64,000 bases of DNA from an uncultured Gammaproteobacteria bacterium (GCA_965230945.1 OZ246397.1:438284-502283), one strand, 5' to 3'; shown: positions 29,027 through 40,694, counted from the stretch's first letter. Notes: generated by a model not told the origin, from the sequence alone. Made by a program: numbers and translations.

Positions 29027-29592
29027 TTTTAATTATTGGTTTAGGCAATCCAGGTGAAAAATACCAAAACTCTCGTCATAATTTGGGCTTTATGGTTGTT
29101 GATGAATTGGCAAGAAAAATATTGCCATTGTCAAAAACAAAATGGGAGAAAAACCAAAAATTTAATTCACAATTCATAATTTTTAATTCACAATTTATCT
29201 TAATTAAACCCCAAACAATGATGAATGCTTCCGGTTTTGCCGTGGCAAAAATGGCTAATTTTTATCATATTGAGCCTGTCGAAATATGGGTTGTTCATGA
29301 TGATGTTGATTTGCCTTTAGGGAAGATTAAAATCCGTCAAGGCGGAGCGGCCGCTGGCCATCGTGGTGTCGAATCAATTATTAAACAATTAAGGACAGAC
29401 CAATTTGTCAGACTTAGATTAGGTATTGGTCATCCTGTGCGGGGAGGAGATAAACTGGTAGAAAGATTTGTTTTAGAAAAGTTTTCTGATCAGGAAAAAC
29501 ATGAGGTGAAAAGGATGATTAAAAAAGCCATTCAGGCTTTGGAAGTGGCTTTAAAAAAAGGTCTGTCCAAAGCGATGAATCAATTTAATTAA
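29023..29592 (+). CDS. pth: Peptidyl-tRNA hydrolase
   Basis: GLGNPG..Y..SRHN.GF, KPQT.MN.SG, HDD.DL, GH.GV.S. Confidence 0.96.
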   Translation: MILIIGLGNPGEKYQNSRHNLGFMVVDELARKILPLSKTKWEKNQKFNSQFIIFNSQFILIKPQTMMNASGFAVAKMANFYHIEPVEIWVVHDDVDLPLGKIKIRQGGAAAGHRGVESIIKQLRTDQFVRLRLGIGHPVRGGDKLVERFVLEKFSDQEKHEVKRMIKKAIQALEVALKKGLSKAMNQFN

Positions 29593-30746
29593 TGAAAATA
29601 AAGGCATCTTTTACACCAATTATTTTAACAACTGCTTTTAGAACAACGGCCTTTGGTTTTTTGGGTCTTTTTTCTCCTATTTATATTTTCCAAATTATTA
29701 TTGATATGACCGGGGGGACCTTAAAAATAGCCATTTTAGGCGTTTTGCTTTATATGTTGGTTTTTTATCTCATGAAGTTTATTACCTTTCCTTTAGCGGA
29801 GAACCTTTCTTATAAATTAGGTTTTAAAAATGTAGTTGCTCTTTCTGTTTTTCCTCTTTTTGTCTTCATTACCTGTTTAATATTGGCAGAGAGTAATTTA
29901 GCCTTTTTAATTTTAGCCGCTATTTTTGGTGGTATGCAAGCGGCTTTATTTTGGTTCGGCTATCATGGTTTATTTATTAAATGTGTTAGCGAACATTGTT
30001 TTGGTTTTCGGGAGGGAATTCGTAATAGTGTTGGTATCTTAACTTTGGTAATGACGCCTATTTTGGGAAGCATTTTGGTTTTGGCTTTGGGATTTAAGAG
30101 CTTGTTTTTAGTAGCGGCTTTGTTTTCTCTGCTTTCTGCTTTGGTAGTGCTTTTTTCACCTTCAGTTAAACCCTATCGTGACGTTAAATTTTTAAATGTT
30201 TTTAAGCTTTTTAGGAATAATTTAAGGCCTTTTGGAGCTTATGTTGGTTGGGGATGTGATTTTACCATTTTTGGTAGCGTTTGGCCGATCTTTTTGATTT
30301 TAATTTTGGGTGACATTTTAAGTTATGGGGGAGTAATTTCGGCGGGAATTTTACTTTCCTTTTTGATAACTTTGTTGATTGGCCGATGGGTAGATAAGGC
30401 CAAAAGCAAAGAAGTAATTTCCTGGGGAGTAGTTTTGGGAGCAGTTTCTTGGTTATTTAGGATGGTAGTTCGTTTACCTTTGTTTATTGTTGGTGTTGAT
30501 GCTTTTTACCGTATTAGTGAACAAATGTTAGCTATTCCTATGGATGTGGCCTCTTATAAAAAAGCCTTGCGTGGTTGGGTAAGTGATGCTTTGTACTTCA
30601 GAGAAATATCATTGAATATAGGTTCTATCCTGGCTTTAGTAGGAGCTATTGTTTTGATTTGGTTAGGCTTGCCGTTATGGTCGGCTTTCGGCATAGGCTT
30701 TTTAGGTACTTTGGCCCCTATTTTAGTAATCAAAGAGTTTAAATGA
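29592..30746 (+). CDS. MFS-type membrane transporter
   Basis: About 12 hydrophobic segments in two halves; G..VDK loop. Confidence 0.75.
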   Translation: MKIKASFTPIILTTAFRTTAFGFLGLFSPIYIFQIIIDMTGGTLKIAILGVLLYMLVFYLMKFITFPLAENLSYKLGFKNVVALSVFPLFVFITCLILAESNLAFLILAAIFGGMQAALFWFGYHGLFIKCVSEHCFGFREGIRNSVGILTLVMTPILGSILVLALGFKSLFLVAALFSLLSALVVLFSPSVKPYRDVKFLNVFKLFRNNLRPFGAYVGWGCDFTIFGSVWPIFLILILGDILSYGGVISAGILLSFLITLLIGRWVDKAKSKEVISWGVVLGAVSWLFRMVVRLPLFIVGVDAFYRISEQMLAIPMDVASYKKALRGWVSDALYFREISLNIGSILALVGAIVLIWLGLPLWSAFGIGFLGTLAPILVIKEFK

Positions 30747-31033
30747 TGAAAAAGAATAAGGATTTTCAATCTATTAAAGAAATTATTTCTAAGATTGACC
30801 TTGCGGAGGATAAATATATTAGCAGGGAGTTTCAGGACTATGGCTATCGTTTATCCGAAGAGCTAGATGATTTAGAACATAGGGCTTTGTATATCAAATT
30901 TGCTAAAGAATTGCCCAGAAAGATACTAGAAGAGGCGCGTAATTTTGTGAAAGATGCTAATAATGTTAAAAATCCAGCCAGATTGTTTATGTGGCGTTTG
31001 GCGCAGTTAAAGAAAGATATTGAAAAGAAATAA
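30743..31033 (+). CDS. Hypothetical protein
   Basis: 96-aa ORF overlapping both neighbours. Confidence 0.7.
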   Translation: MMKKNKDFQSIKEIISKIDLAEDKYISREFQDYGYRLSEELDDLEHRALYIKFAKELPRKILEEARNFVKDANNVKNPARLFMWRLAQLKKDIEKK

Positions 31034-31313
31034 ATTCAGCTATAAAGTTTATCAACTAGTGAGGAAAGTACCTCAAGAAAAGGTAATAACCTATGGTCAA
31101 ATTGCCCAAAGTTTAGGCAGACCTCAGGCAGCGCGAGCCGTAGGTAATATTTTACATACTAGTCCCTTTAGGGATGTTCCTTGTCATCGGGTAGTTAGCA
31201 AAACAGGTAAGTTAGCTTCAAATTATGCTTTCGGAGGTATTAAAGGTCAGCGAAGAAAGCTTCTAAAAGAGGGGGTTAGGTTTGCCGATAGGTATCAAGT
31301 AAAACTTGGTTAA
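31020..31313 (+). CDS. O6-alkylguanine-DNA alkyltransferase (MGMT family, C-terminal domain only)
   Basis: TYGQIA...ARAVG...VPCHRV with the acceptor Cys. Confidence 0.88.
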   Translation: MKRNKFSYKVYQLVRKVPQEKVITYGQIAQSLGRPQAARAVGNILHTSPFRDVPCHRVVSKTGKLASNYAFGGIKGQRRKLLKEGVRFADRYQVKLG

Positions 31314-31351
31314 GCTTTTTATTTATGATAGGCTGAATAAAGAAGTTTTTT

Positions 31352-31900
31352 ATGCCCAAGAAAGAGTTGTTTAACCGTCTTTTAATCACCTTAATCTGGC
31401 TGCTGGTTATTTCTTTGTTTCGCTGGCATTGGCACTGGCATTTAATTTGGCTTTGGCTAGGAAGTTTTTTGGGTATCTTCTTGATTGAGCTGGATCATTT
31501 TCTATATGTTTTATTGAGCAACCCCCACGAATTAACAGGTTTAAGAATTAAAAGATTACTAGAGCAAAGAAGCTTTAGAGAAATTTTGACTTTAGTTGTT
31601 GATACGCGTGGAGAAAGGGAAAGATTGGCTTTCCATAACGCCCTTTTTCAGGTAGTTTTGTATGCCCTTTGTTTTTTTACCATTAGTTCAACTAATAATC
31701 TTTTTGGTTCGGGCTTATTAATGGGCATGGCTTTGATTCTCCTTAGAGATGAGCTAGATGATTTATTAAAAGGTAAAGAAGGGAGACTTAGGAATTGGCT
31801 TTTTTGGCCCCTTAGACAGACAGTTTCTTTACCACAGCAAAGGCTTTTTATAATAGCTGTGGTGATTCTTTTTTTAGTTTTGAGTTTTCTTTTAGTTTAG
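31352..31900 (+). CDS. Hypothetical membrane protein
   Basis: Several TM segments; ELDH and FHN motifs suggest a metal-dependent hydrolase-like fold. Confidence 0.7.
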   Translation: MPKKELFNRLLITLIWLLVISLFRWHWHWHLIWLWLGSFLGIFLIELDHFLYVLLSNPHELTGLRIKRLLEQRSFREILTLVVDTRGERERLAFHNALFQVVLYALCFFTISSTNNLFGSGLLMGMALILLRDELDDLLKGKEGRLRNWLFWPLRQTVSLPQQRLFIIAVVILFLVLSFLLV

Positions 31901-31954
31901 TCTCTTTACGGTTAAAAATAATTAGGTTAAGATAAAAAGAAAGGAGGTGAAAGG

Positions 31955-32716
31955 ATGTTTGATTTAAATGGTAAAAAGGCTTTAGTGACCGGTGCTTCTC
32001 GCGGTATTGGTCGGGGAATTGCCCTTGCTTTAGCTAAACAAGGTGCCGATGTAGTCATTAATTTTCGTTCTAATAAAGAAGAGGCGGAGAAGGTAGCTGC
32101 CCAAATTAAAAAAATGGGACGGAATTCTTTTTCGGTTCAGGCGGATGTTTCCAGTGTTGATGATGTTATTCGGATGTTTAAGGAAATTAAAAAACAATGG
32201 GGAAAGCTTGATATTTTGGTCAATAATGCTGGAATTGCCCAATTTAAGCCTTTTATGGAGTTAACAGAGGAAGATTGGGATAAAACTTTGGCCGTCAATC
32301 TTAAAGGACAGTTCCTTTGTGCTCGCGAGGCAGTTAAAATAATGAAGGACCATGGAGGAAAGATTGTTAATATTTCCTCGGTTGCCTCCGGTCAAGCGGG
32401 AATAGGAGGGGTAAGGATTGCCCATTATGTTGCTTCAAAAGGAGGAGTAGCCGCCTTAACAGAGGCCTTAGCGGTAGAGTTAGCTCCTTATAAAATTAAT
32501 GTTAATGCTATTGGTCCAGGCTTTATTGATACCGACATGACTAAAGATTTGATTTCTGATCCCAAAGCAAGACAGGGGCTTTTAGCTCGAATTCCCTTGG
32601 GTAGGTTTGGGAAGCCGGCTGATATTGGCGCAGTAGCGGCCTTTTTGGCCAGTGATGAAGCAGACTATATCACTGGGGCTCTTTTGTTTGTTGATGGAGG
32701 CTGGCTTGCCGGTTAG
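31955..32716 (+). CDS. Short-chain dehydrogenase/reductase (FabG-like)
   Basis: TGASRGIG, NNAG, Y..SK, VDGG. Confidence 0.92.
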   Translation: MFDLNGKKALVTGASRGIGRGIALALAKQGADVVINFRSNKEEAEKVAAQIKKMGRNSFSVQADVSSVDDVIRMFKEIKKQWGKLDILVNNAGIAQFKPFMELTEEDWDKTLAVNLKGQFLCAREAVKIMKDHGGKIVNISSVASGQAGIGGVRIAHYVASKGGVAALTEALAVELAPYKINVNAIGPGFIDTDMTKDLISDPKARQGLLARIPLGRFGKPADIGAVAAFLASDEADYITGALLFVDGGWLAG

Positions 32717-32725
32717 ATCCCGAAG

Positions 32726-33049
32726 GTGATGGAAGAATTAAATGATGGAAATTTTGAAGAAGAAGTTTTAAGGGCTGATTTGCCTGTTTTGGTTGATTTT
32801 TGGGCGCCTTGGTGCGGTCCCTGTAAGACGGCTGGTCCTATCATTAATGAATTGTCTGAGGAGTATAAGGGGAAGATAAAGGTGGGCAAAATGAACGTTG
32901 ATGAGAATCCTCAAACACCGCAAAAATATATGGTCATGAGTATTCCCACGATGATCCTTTTTAAAAGTGGCGAGGAAGTTAAAAGACAGGTTGGTTTTCC
33001 CGGCAAGGAAGGCTACATTAAGCTTTTAGAGGAGGTTTTAAAGGCTTAG
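32726..33049 (+). CDS. trxA: Thioredoxin
   Basis: WCGPC active site, SIPT. Confidence 0.96.
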   Translation: MMEELNDGNFEEEVLRADLPVLVDFWAPWCGPCKTAGPIINELSEEYKGKIKVGKMNVDENPQTPQKYMVMSIPTMILFKSGEEVKRQVGFPGKEGYIKLLEEVLKA

Positions 33050-33050
33050 C

Positions 33051-33998
33051 ATGGAAAAGAAAATTTATGATCTAATCATTATTGGAACAGGTCCGGCCGG
33101 ATTAACGGCTTCCATTTATGCTTCTCGTTATCGTCTTAATCATTTAGTAATTGGCAGTCAAGAAGGAGGAGCTTTAAGCTGGGCAGCCAAGATAGAGAAT
33201 TATCCTGGCTTTAAAGAGATCTCTGGTTTGGATTTAACTAATAAAATGATGGATCAAGTTAAGAGTTTAGGAGCTGAAGTTTTGATTCAAGAAGTAATAG
33301 GGGTAGAAAGAAAAGATAGCGTTTTTGAGGTAAAAATTTCTGGCGAGCAAACATTTCAGGCTAAAACTTTGATTGTTGCCTCAGGCACAGAAAGAAGGAA
33401 ACTTAATGTTCCTGGTGAGAGTAAGTACGTGGGTCGCGGCGTTTCTTATTGTACTACTTGTGATGGCGCCTTTTTTAAAGGTAAGGTGGTGGCGGTGGTA
33501 GGTGGTTCTAATGCAGCTGCTATGGGAGCTTATTACCTATCAAGTATTGCCAGCAAGGTTTACCTTATTTATCGCCGCCAGCCGTTAAGAGCTGAACCTA
33601 TTTGGCAGGAGAGAATTCAGGGCGAATCTAAGATCGAAATTATTTATGAAACTAATGTGACGGAAATTTTAGGCGACGAGGATAAAGTTAATGGCGTTAA
33701 ATTGGACAAACCCTATCAAGGTAGCCAGCAACTTTCCTTAGAGGGAATTTTTATTGAAATTGGCGGTATTCCAGGTACAGAGTTGGTCAAGTCTCTAGGG
33801 GTGGAGTTAGATGAAGGGGGTTTTATTAAGGTCTCTTCAGCCATGGAGACTAATATTGAGGGTCTTTTTGCCGCTGGTGATGTCGCCAACGCTACCGGGG
33901 AATTTCATCAAATTGTTACCGCCACTGCCGAAGGAGCTTTAGCTGCTAATAATCTTTATAAATATTTGAAAAGAGGTAAAAATGAAAATCGTCATTGA
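33051..33998 (+). CDS. trxB: Thioredoxin reductase
   Basis: G.GPAGLTA, SYCTTCDG, GLFAAGD. Confidence 0.93.
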   Translation: MEKKIYDLIIIGTGPAGLTASIYASRYRLNHLVIGSQEGGALSWAAKIENYPGFKEISGLDLTNKMMDQVKSLGAEVLIQEVIGVERKDSVFEVKISGEQTFQAKTLIVASGTERRKLNVPGESKYVGRGVSYCTTCDGAFFKGKVVAVVGGSNAAAMGAYYLSSIASKVYLIYRRQPLRAEPIWQERIQGESKIEIIYETNVTEILGDEDKVNGVKLDKPYQGSQQLSLEGIFIEIGGIPGTELVKSLGVELDEGGFIKVSSAMETNIEGLFAAGDVANATGEFHQIVTATAEGALAANNLYKYLKRGKNENRH

Positions 33999-34188
33999 TA
34001 AAGGTTTGTGTATTGGTTGTGGAACCTGTGTAACAATCGCTCCTAAAAGTTTTAAGTTAAACAATGAGGGTAAGGCGGAGGTGATTGAACCTCAGGAAGA
34101 TGGAGAGTCTAAGGTCAAGGAAGCTATTGACAGCTGTCCTGTTTCTGCGATAAAATCGACCGATCAGGATGAAAAAGATGAAAGATAA
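33982..34188 (+). CDS. Ferredoxin (single [4Fe-4S] type)
   Basis: CIGCGTC...CP. Confidence 0.88.
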   Translation: MKIVIDKGLCIGCGTCVTIAPKSFKLNNEGKAEVIEPQEDGESKVKEAIDSCPVSAIKSTDQDEKDER

Positions 34189-34894
34189 AGGATTTAACTT
34201 AACAACGATAATTTTAGTAGTTGCTTTAGTAGGAGCCGCTTTTTTTGTGGGTAAATATTCAGAACGGTCTAATACTCCTACTAAAGAGGTAGGAGAAGAA
34301 GGAGTTACCCAAGGAGAACAAGAAAGACAAGAAGAGCAAATTATTTTAGGAGAAGAAGAAATGAAACTTATTGCCCAAGGAGGGGCTGCCGCCAAAGGTA
34401 ATAAAGATGCTCCGATAACTATTGTCGAGTTTTCTGAGTATGAATGTCCATTTTGTAAGAGTTATGTAGATGATACTTATAAAAAAATTATGGATGAATA
34501 TGGAGATAAAATATATTATGTTTTTCGAGATTATCCTTTACCCTTTCATTCTCATGCTCAAAACCTAGCTGAAGCGGCCAGATGCGCTGGTGATCAAGAT
34601 AAATATTGGTCCATGCATGATTTGCTTTTTGCCAAAAGAGACGAGTGGGTGGAAAAGAAAGATATTACCAATAGCCTGGCGGTTTACGCTAAAGAACTGG
34701 GGCTAAATACACAAAAGTTTAATTCTTGTTTATCTTCAAATAAATATACTCAAGCGGTAAAAGATGATCTAGCCTTAGGAGAGAAGGTGGGTGTTGGTGG
34801 AACGCCGAGTTTCTTTATCAATGGCTTCATGTTGGTAGGAGCTCAACCTTTTGAAAACTTCAAGACAGTTATTAACGAACAGTTAAATCAATAA
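34169..34894 (+). CDS. DsbA-family thiol-disulfide oxidoreductase, membrane anchored
   Basis: N-terminal TM, EFSEYECPFC, GTPSFFING. Confidence 0.9.
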   Translation: MKKMKDKGFNLTTIILVVALVGAAFFVGKYSERSNTPTKEVGEEGVTQGEQERQEEQIILGEEEMKLIAQGGAAAKGNKDAPITIVEFSEYECPFCKSYVDDTYKKIMDEYGDKIYYVFRDYPLPFHSHAQNLAEAARCAGDQDKYWSMHDLLFAKRDEWVEKKDITNSLAVYAKELGLNTQKFNSCLSSNKYTQAVKDDLALGEKVGVGGTPSFFINGFMLVGAQPFENFKTVINEQLNQ

Positions 34895-34911
34895 TATTTC
34901 TCCATTAAAAA

Positions 34912-35610
34912 ATGCTTTTAGAATTGCTAAATAGTCAAGATCTGGGTTCTTTAGGACCAATTAATTTTTTAAAGCATGCTCTTTATTGGGCCGTAAATCA
35001 AGGTTTCCCTTTGGAATTATTAGTTTTAATTTTACTTTTACCCTTGGCTGTTTCCTTGGTAGTCTTGGTGAGATATCTTGTTGGTATCCAAGGTTTAGGT
35101 ATTTTTACTCCGGTAATGATGGCGGTGGCTTTTTTAAGTATTGGTCTTATTCCAGGTATTTTGCTGTTTTTAATTATTTTACTGATTGAAATTTTTGCTA
35201 TTTATCTTTTAAAACGGTTCAAAATTCATTTTTTGTCTAAAATGTCATTAGTTTTACTTATTATTTGTTTTTGTTTTTTTCCGCTTTTAGTTTTGTTTCA
35301 AAAGTTTAATTTTCAGGTATTATTTAATTCCTCATCAACTTCTATTTTAGTTTTAATTCTTTTGGGAGAAAACTTAGCCGAGGCTCAATTTAAAAAGCCG
35401 CCTAAAAAGATAACCATGGTTACAGCAGAAAACTTAGTTTTAGCGGCCTTATCTTTTGGGGTCTTAAACTCTTTCTTTTTGAAAAAAATGGTTATCTTTT
35501 ACCCAGAATTAATAGTTTTAATAGCCTTGTTTATCAACATTATAGTGGGTCGTTTTACTGGTTTACGTCTTTTAGAATATCGTCGTTTCAGAAGATTATT
35601 AAGGAAATAA
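34912..35610 (+). CDS. 7TM protein of the type usually fused to an inactive transglutaminase
   Basis: R..VG..GLGIFTP and G.FTGLRL.EYRRF motifs. Confidence 0.78.
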   Translation: MLLELLNSQDLGSLGPINFLKHALYWAVNQGFPLELLVLILLLPLAVSLVVLVRYLVGIQGLGIFTPVMMAVAFLSIGLIPGILLFLIILLIEIFAIYLLKRFKIHFLSKMSLVLLIICFCFFPLLVLFQKFNFQVLFNSSSTSILVLILLGENLAEAQFKKPPKKITMVTAENLVLAALSFGVLNSFFLKKMVIFYPELIVLIALFINIIVGRFTGLRLLEYRRFRRLLRK

Positions 35611-36903
35611 ATGGCTAAAGCTTCTTCTATTCTAGGTCAAAACGCTCGTAATTATCTCTTTTTATCTTTGAACAAAAAAGAGGGCCGAAAAATTGCCAAT
35701 TCCAAGCTTTTAACGAAAAGAGTTTTAAAAAGGCATAATTTGCTAAGTCCGGCTGTTTTGGCTGTTTTTAGGACCGCTAAAAAGATTAATAATTTTGCCT
35801 GGGAAACTTTACCTGATAATTTTGTTTTAAAACCCTCAAAGGGATCTGGCGGAGAAGGAGTAGTTATTGTTAAAAAGAAGGCTAAATGGGCGGGGGAATG
35901 GTATTTAATGGATGGTTCCATTATTAATACTCAAGATTTAAAATTCCACGCTTTAGAAATTCTCTCTGGTAGATTTAGGCTTTATAATGTTCCTGGTGTA
36001 GCCTTTGTTGAGGAACGAATAAAGATTCAAAAAATTTTTAGCAGATATGTTTATCATGGAACGCCTGACATTAGAGTTTTGGTTTTTAATAAAGTTCCAG
36101 TGGCAGCTATGCTGCGTTTGCCAAGCAAAGAGTCTAAAGGTAAATCAAACCTTCATCAAGGAGCTATTGGAGCAGGTATTGATTTGGCTACTGGTATCAC
36201 TACCTTTGGCATTGTCAATGGCCTTTTTGTTAAATATATTCCCGAAACTAAAAGAAAGATTAATGGTCTAAAAGTCCCTCATTGGGATAGGATTCTAAAG
36301 CTGGCCGTAAAAGCTCAAGAAGTGGTTCCGTCTTTAGGCTTTTTGGGTGTTGATATCATTTTAGATAAGGAGAGAGGGCCAATGATTTTGGAGTTAAATG
36401 CCAGGCCTGGCTTAGAGATTCAGAATGCCAATTTATCTCCTTTAAAAAAGAGGTTGGAGAGGGTGGAAGGCTTAGAGGTAAAAGATGTTGATCATGGGGT
36501 TAAAATAGCCAAGGCTCTTTTTGCAGAAAGATTTGCTGATCGAGTTATGGCTGAAGAAGGGATAAAAATAGTTAATGTCTGGGAAAAGATAAAAGTTTTA
36601 TCTGAAGATAAGGAAAAGCATGAATTAAAAGCCAAAATTGATACTGGTGCTTGGCGGACATCAATTGATGAGGATTTAGCTGAAAGATTGGGCCTGCTTA
36701 CGCCAAGTAATATTTTATGGTCTAAGGTCTATAAAAGTGGTTTAGGCATACAGGAAAGAGAGGTTATTGGTCTAACTTTTTATTTAGCGGGCAGAAGAAT
36801 TAAGACTATTGCCAGTGTTGCCAAAAGGGCCGATTTAAGAGCCTCGATGATTATTGGCCGTCGAGACCTGAGAGACTTTTTAATTAAAGCCAGAAAGTTT
36901 TAA
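35611..36903 (+). CDS. Alpha-L-glutamate ligase-like ATP-grasp protein fused to a C-terminal RimB-like aspartic protease domain
   Basis: ILG.NARN, KP..GSGG.G, PDIRV, NLHQG, ELNARPG; then AKIDTGA.RTS...IIGR. Confidence 0.85.
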   Translation: MAKASSILGQNARNYLFLSLNKKEGRKIANSKLLTKRVLKRHNLLSPAVLAVFRTAKKINNFAWETLPDNFVLKPSKGSGGEGVVIVKKKAKWAGEWYLMDGSIINTQDLKFHALEILSGRFRLYNVPGVAFVEERIKIQKIFSRYVYHGTPDIRVLVFNKVPVAAMLRLPSKESKGKSNLHQGAIGAGIDLATGITTFGIVNGLFVKYIPETKRKINGLKVPHWDRILKLAVKAQEVVPSLGFLGVDIILDKERGPMILELNARPGLEIQNANLSPLKKRLERVEGLEVKDVDHGVKIAKALFAERFADRVMAEEGIKIVNVWEKIKVLSEDKEKHELKAKIDTGAWRTSIDEDLAERLGLLTPSNILWSKVYKSGLGIQEREVIGLTFYLAGRRIKTIASVAKRADLRASMIIGRRDLRDFLIKARKF

Positions 36904-36904
36904 A

Positions 36905-37828
36905 ATGGTTAAAATATTAATTCTCATTGGCGGTAGTGATCGCCCCATTAAACATTTTGCCCAAGTAGGGGAAAAGCTTGGCTGTCAGGTTAAGACGGCT
37001 TCTTTTAGTCGTTTGAACTATTCAACTTTAGATAAAGAATTTATCTTAAAAGTTGATGATACAGATATAGCTGATTTTGATATTGTTTATATCAGATTGG
37101 TAGGTAAACATTTTGAAGAGGTAGCTTTAGTTTCGCAATACGCTTATGAGAAAAATATTCCTTTGATCGACCGGATTTTTACCAAAAAGGGACTGACCCG
37201 TTTACCTATTCCCAAGTCAATTGAAGCTAAACTTTTGTTTCAAGCAGGTTTGTCGATACCTAGGACCTTTTTTGGTTCACTAAAACAAATAGAAAAAGAG
37301 GCACCTGAGCTTTTTGGTTTCCCCTTTGTTATTAAAAGCACCACCGGCAAACAAGGTCGTTCTGTTTGGTCACCAAGAAACGGCAAGGAATTGGAAAATT
37401 TGCTAATAGAACTTCGTAGATTGAAGAAAAGGAAAAGTAAGAGAGTTAGGGGTTCTTTTATTGCCCAGGAATTTGTCTGTGTCTCTCAAAGACATCGCTT
37501 GTTCGTTTTAGGTGGTAGGGTAGTTGGAGCCATAACCAGACCAACTCGCTGGCGAAAAAGATTTTTAGGTAAAGATGCTCCAGAAGGTAAAAGAGAAGCT
37601 TTGTTTGTTATTCCTAAAGAAGAAAAAGAAATGGCTTTACAAGCAACTTCTGCTTTAGGAGTAGATATTGCCGGAGTTGATCTTATTAGGGATGATAAGA
37701 CAGGCAAACTTTTTGTTTTGGAAGTTAATTCTGCTCCTCGTTGGGAATCAATTAGAAAAGACTGTCATCTGAATATTGAAGAGGAAATTATTAAGCTTTT
37801 AATCAAAAGAGCAAAAAAGAATAATTAG
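36905..37828 (+). CDS. RimK-family ATP-grasp ligase
   Basis: FPFVIK...G..G..V, QEFV, AGVDLI, LEVNSAP. Confidence 0.82.
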   Translation: MVKILILIGGSDRPIKHFAQVGEKLGCQVKTASFSRLNYSTLDKEFILKVDDTDIADFDIVYIRLVGKHFEEVALVSQYAYEKNIPLIDRIFTKKGLTRLPIPKSIEAKLLFQAGLSIPRTFFGSLKQIEKEAPELFGFPFVIKSTTGKQGRSVWSPRNGKELENLLIELRRLKKRKSKRVRGSFIAQEFVCVSQRHRLFVLGGRVVGAITRPTRWRKRFLGKDAPEGKREALFVIPKEEKEMALQATSALGVDIAGVDLIRDDKTGKLFVLEVNSAPRWESIRKDCHLNIEEEIIKLLIKRAKKNN

Positions 37829-37870
37829 TCTTCTTTAATTTTCCTTTATAGAAATGATAAAATTCAATTC

Positions 37871-39004
37871 ATGAAGAAACTAAAAGTGGCTATTGCGATG
37901 AGCGGTGGTGTAGATTCAGGGGTGGCGGCAGCTCTTTTAGTTCGGCAAGGATACCAATGTGCTGGTTTCCATATGGAATTATGGAATGAGAGCCAAAAGC
38001 AGGGTTTTAGAAATAAGTGCTGTGATTCTGAATCATCAGAAACTGCTTTGAGAACTGCTCATAAATTAAAAATTCCTTTTTATACTCTTAATTTGCGTAA
38101 AACCTTTAAAAAAGAGATCGTTGATTACTTTTTACAATCTTACGCTAATGGTTTAACCCCAAACCCTTGTGTTAAATGTAATAAATTGATTAAATTTGGG
38201 GCTTTATTAGACTACGTACAAAAGAAAGGCTTTGATTATTTAGCTACCGGCCATTATGCGCGCATAAAAAAGTTAGGTAAAAGTTACCAGCTTTTAGCAG
38301 GTGTTGACAGTCAAAAAGACCAATCTTATTTTCTTTATAACTTAAAACAAAAACAACTTGGCCATATTTTATTCCCAATTGGTGACTACCATAAAAAGCA
38401 AGTAGTAACCATGGCCCAGAAATGGGATTTACCGGTGGCCAACAGGTCCGAATCTCAAGAGATCTGTTTTTTTCCAGAAAAAGATTATCGTCCTTTTTTA
38501 AAACGTCATTTATTAAAGGAAATTAAACCTGGAGAAACGGTTGATGTTAGGGGGAGAGTAATTGGTCGTCATTTTGGTTTGCCTCTCTATACGATTGGCC
38601 AGAGGCATGGTTTTACTATTTCTACTAAGCAAACACCTAATTTGGCCCCTTTTTATGTTATTGCCAAAAAAGTAGGAGCCAATCAATTGGTGGTTGGTTT
38701 TGGCAACCAGACAGAAAGAAAAGAATTTTTACTTAAAAATGTTAATGAGGTTAATACTATTAGATTTAAAAGGGGAATTTTTAAAACAAAGCTAAAGATT
38801 CGTTACCAAGGGGAACTACTAGAGGCAAAACTGCGTAAATATAGTAAAGAAGGTGATTTAGCTGTTCTATTGAAAGAAGCTGAAAGAGGTATTGCCTGTG
38901 GTCAATCGGCTGTCTTTTATGAAAAAGGAAAGGTTCTCGGCGGGGGAATAGTTGATATTGACAAAATGGATAAGAAATGTTTAAATGTTTCCAGTATGAC
39001 TTGA
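37871..39004 (+). CDS. mnmA: tRNA-specific 2-thiouridylase
   Basis: SGGVDS, TPNPC..CN..IKF, ATGHYA, KDQSYFL, ESQEICF. Confidence 0.96.
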   Translation: MKKLKVAIAMSGGVDSGVAAALLVRQGYQCAGFHMELWNESQKQGFRNKCCDSESSETALRTAHKLKIPFYTLNLRKTFKKEIVDYFLQSYANGLTPNPCVKCNKLIKFGALLDYVQKKGFDYLATGHYARIKKLGKSYQLLAGVDSQKDQSYFLYNLKQKQLGHILFPIGDYHKKQVVTMAQKWDLPVANRSESQEICFFPEKDYRPFLKRHLLKEIKPGETVDVRGRVIGRHFGLPLYTIGQRHGFTISTKQTPNLAPFYVIAKKVGANQLVVGFGNQTERKEFLLKNVNEVNTIRFKRGIFKTKLKIRYQGELLEAKLRKYSKEGDLAVLLKEAERGIACGQSAVFYEKGKVLGGGIVDIDKMDKKCLNVSSMT

Positions 39005-39031
39005 AACTAGCTAAGCTGTTGAAAGGCTTTT

Positions 39032-39055
39032 GAGCCCCGCTTGGCGGGGTTTTTT
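39032..39055 (+). terminator. Terminator-like hairpin between mnmA and the 16S leader
   Basis: GCCCCGC-TTG-GCGGGGT followed by TTTTT. Confidence 0.7.
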
Positions 39056-39070
39056 AGTCAGAAATTTAGT

Positions 39071-39083
39071 TGTTCTTTGACAA
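39071..39083 (+). promoter_or_regulatory. rRNA boxA-like antitermination element (second copy TGCTCTTTGAAAA near 43335)
   Basis: TGTTCTTTGACAA compared with consensus TGCTCTTTAACA. Confidence 0.7.
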
Positions 39084-39102
39084 TCAAGATGTAGTAGGAA
39101 TA

Positions 39103-40560
<1,458 letters not shown>

Positions 40561-40640
40561 GGAGAAAATTTTAAACACCCAAGGTTTCCAATTTTACTTG
40601 TAAAACTAAATTTGGGAATTCCTACTACATCTTGGTTGTT

Positions 40641-40673
40641 AAAAAAGACCCACTCTTAAGAGTGGGTCTTTCT
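40641..40673. terminator. Bidirectional terminator between 16S and the convergent ATPase gene
   Basis: Perfect 28-bp palindrome AAAGACCCACTCTTAAGAGTGGGTCTTT (40644-40671); A run on the left gives a U tract on the - strand. Confidence 0.8.
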
Positions 40674-40694
40674 ATATCGAAGTATTTAAAAATA

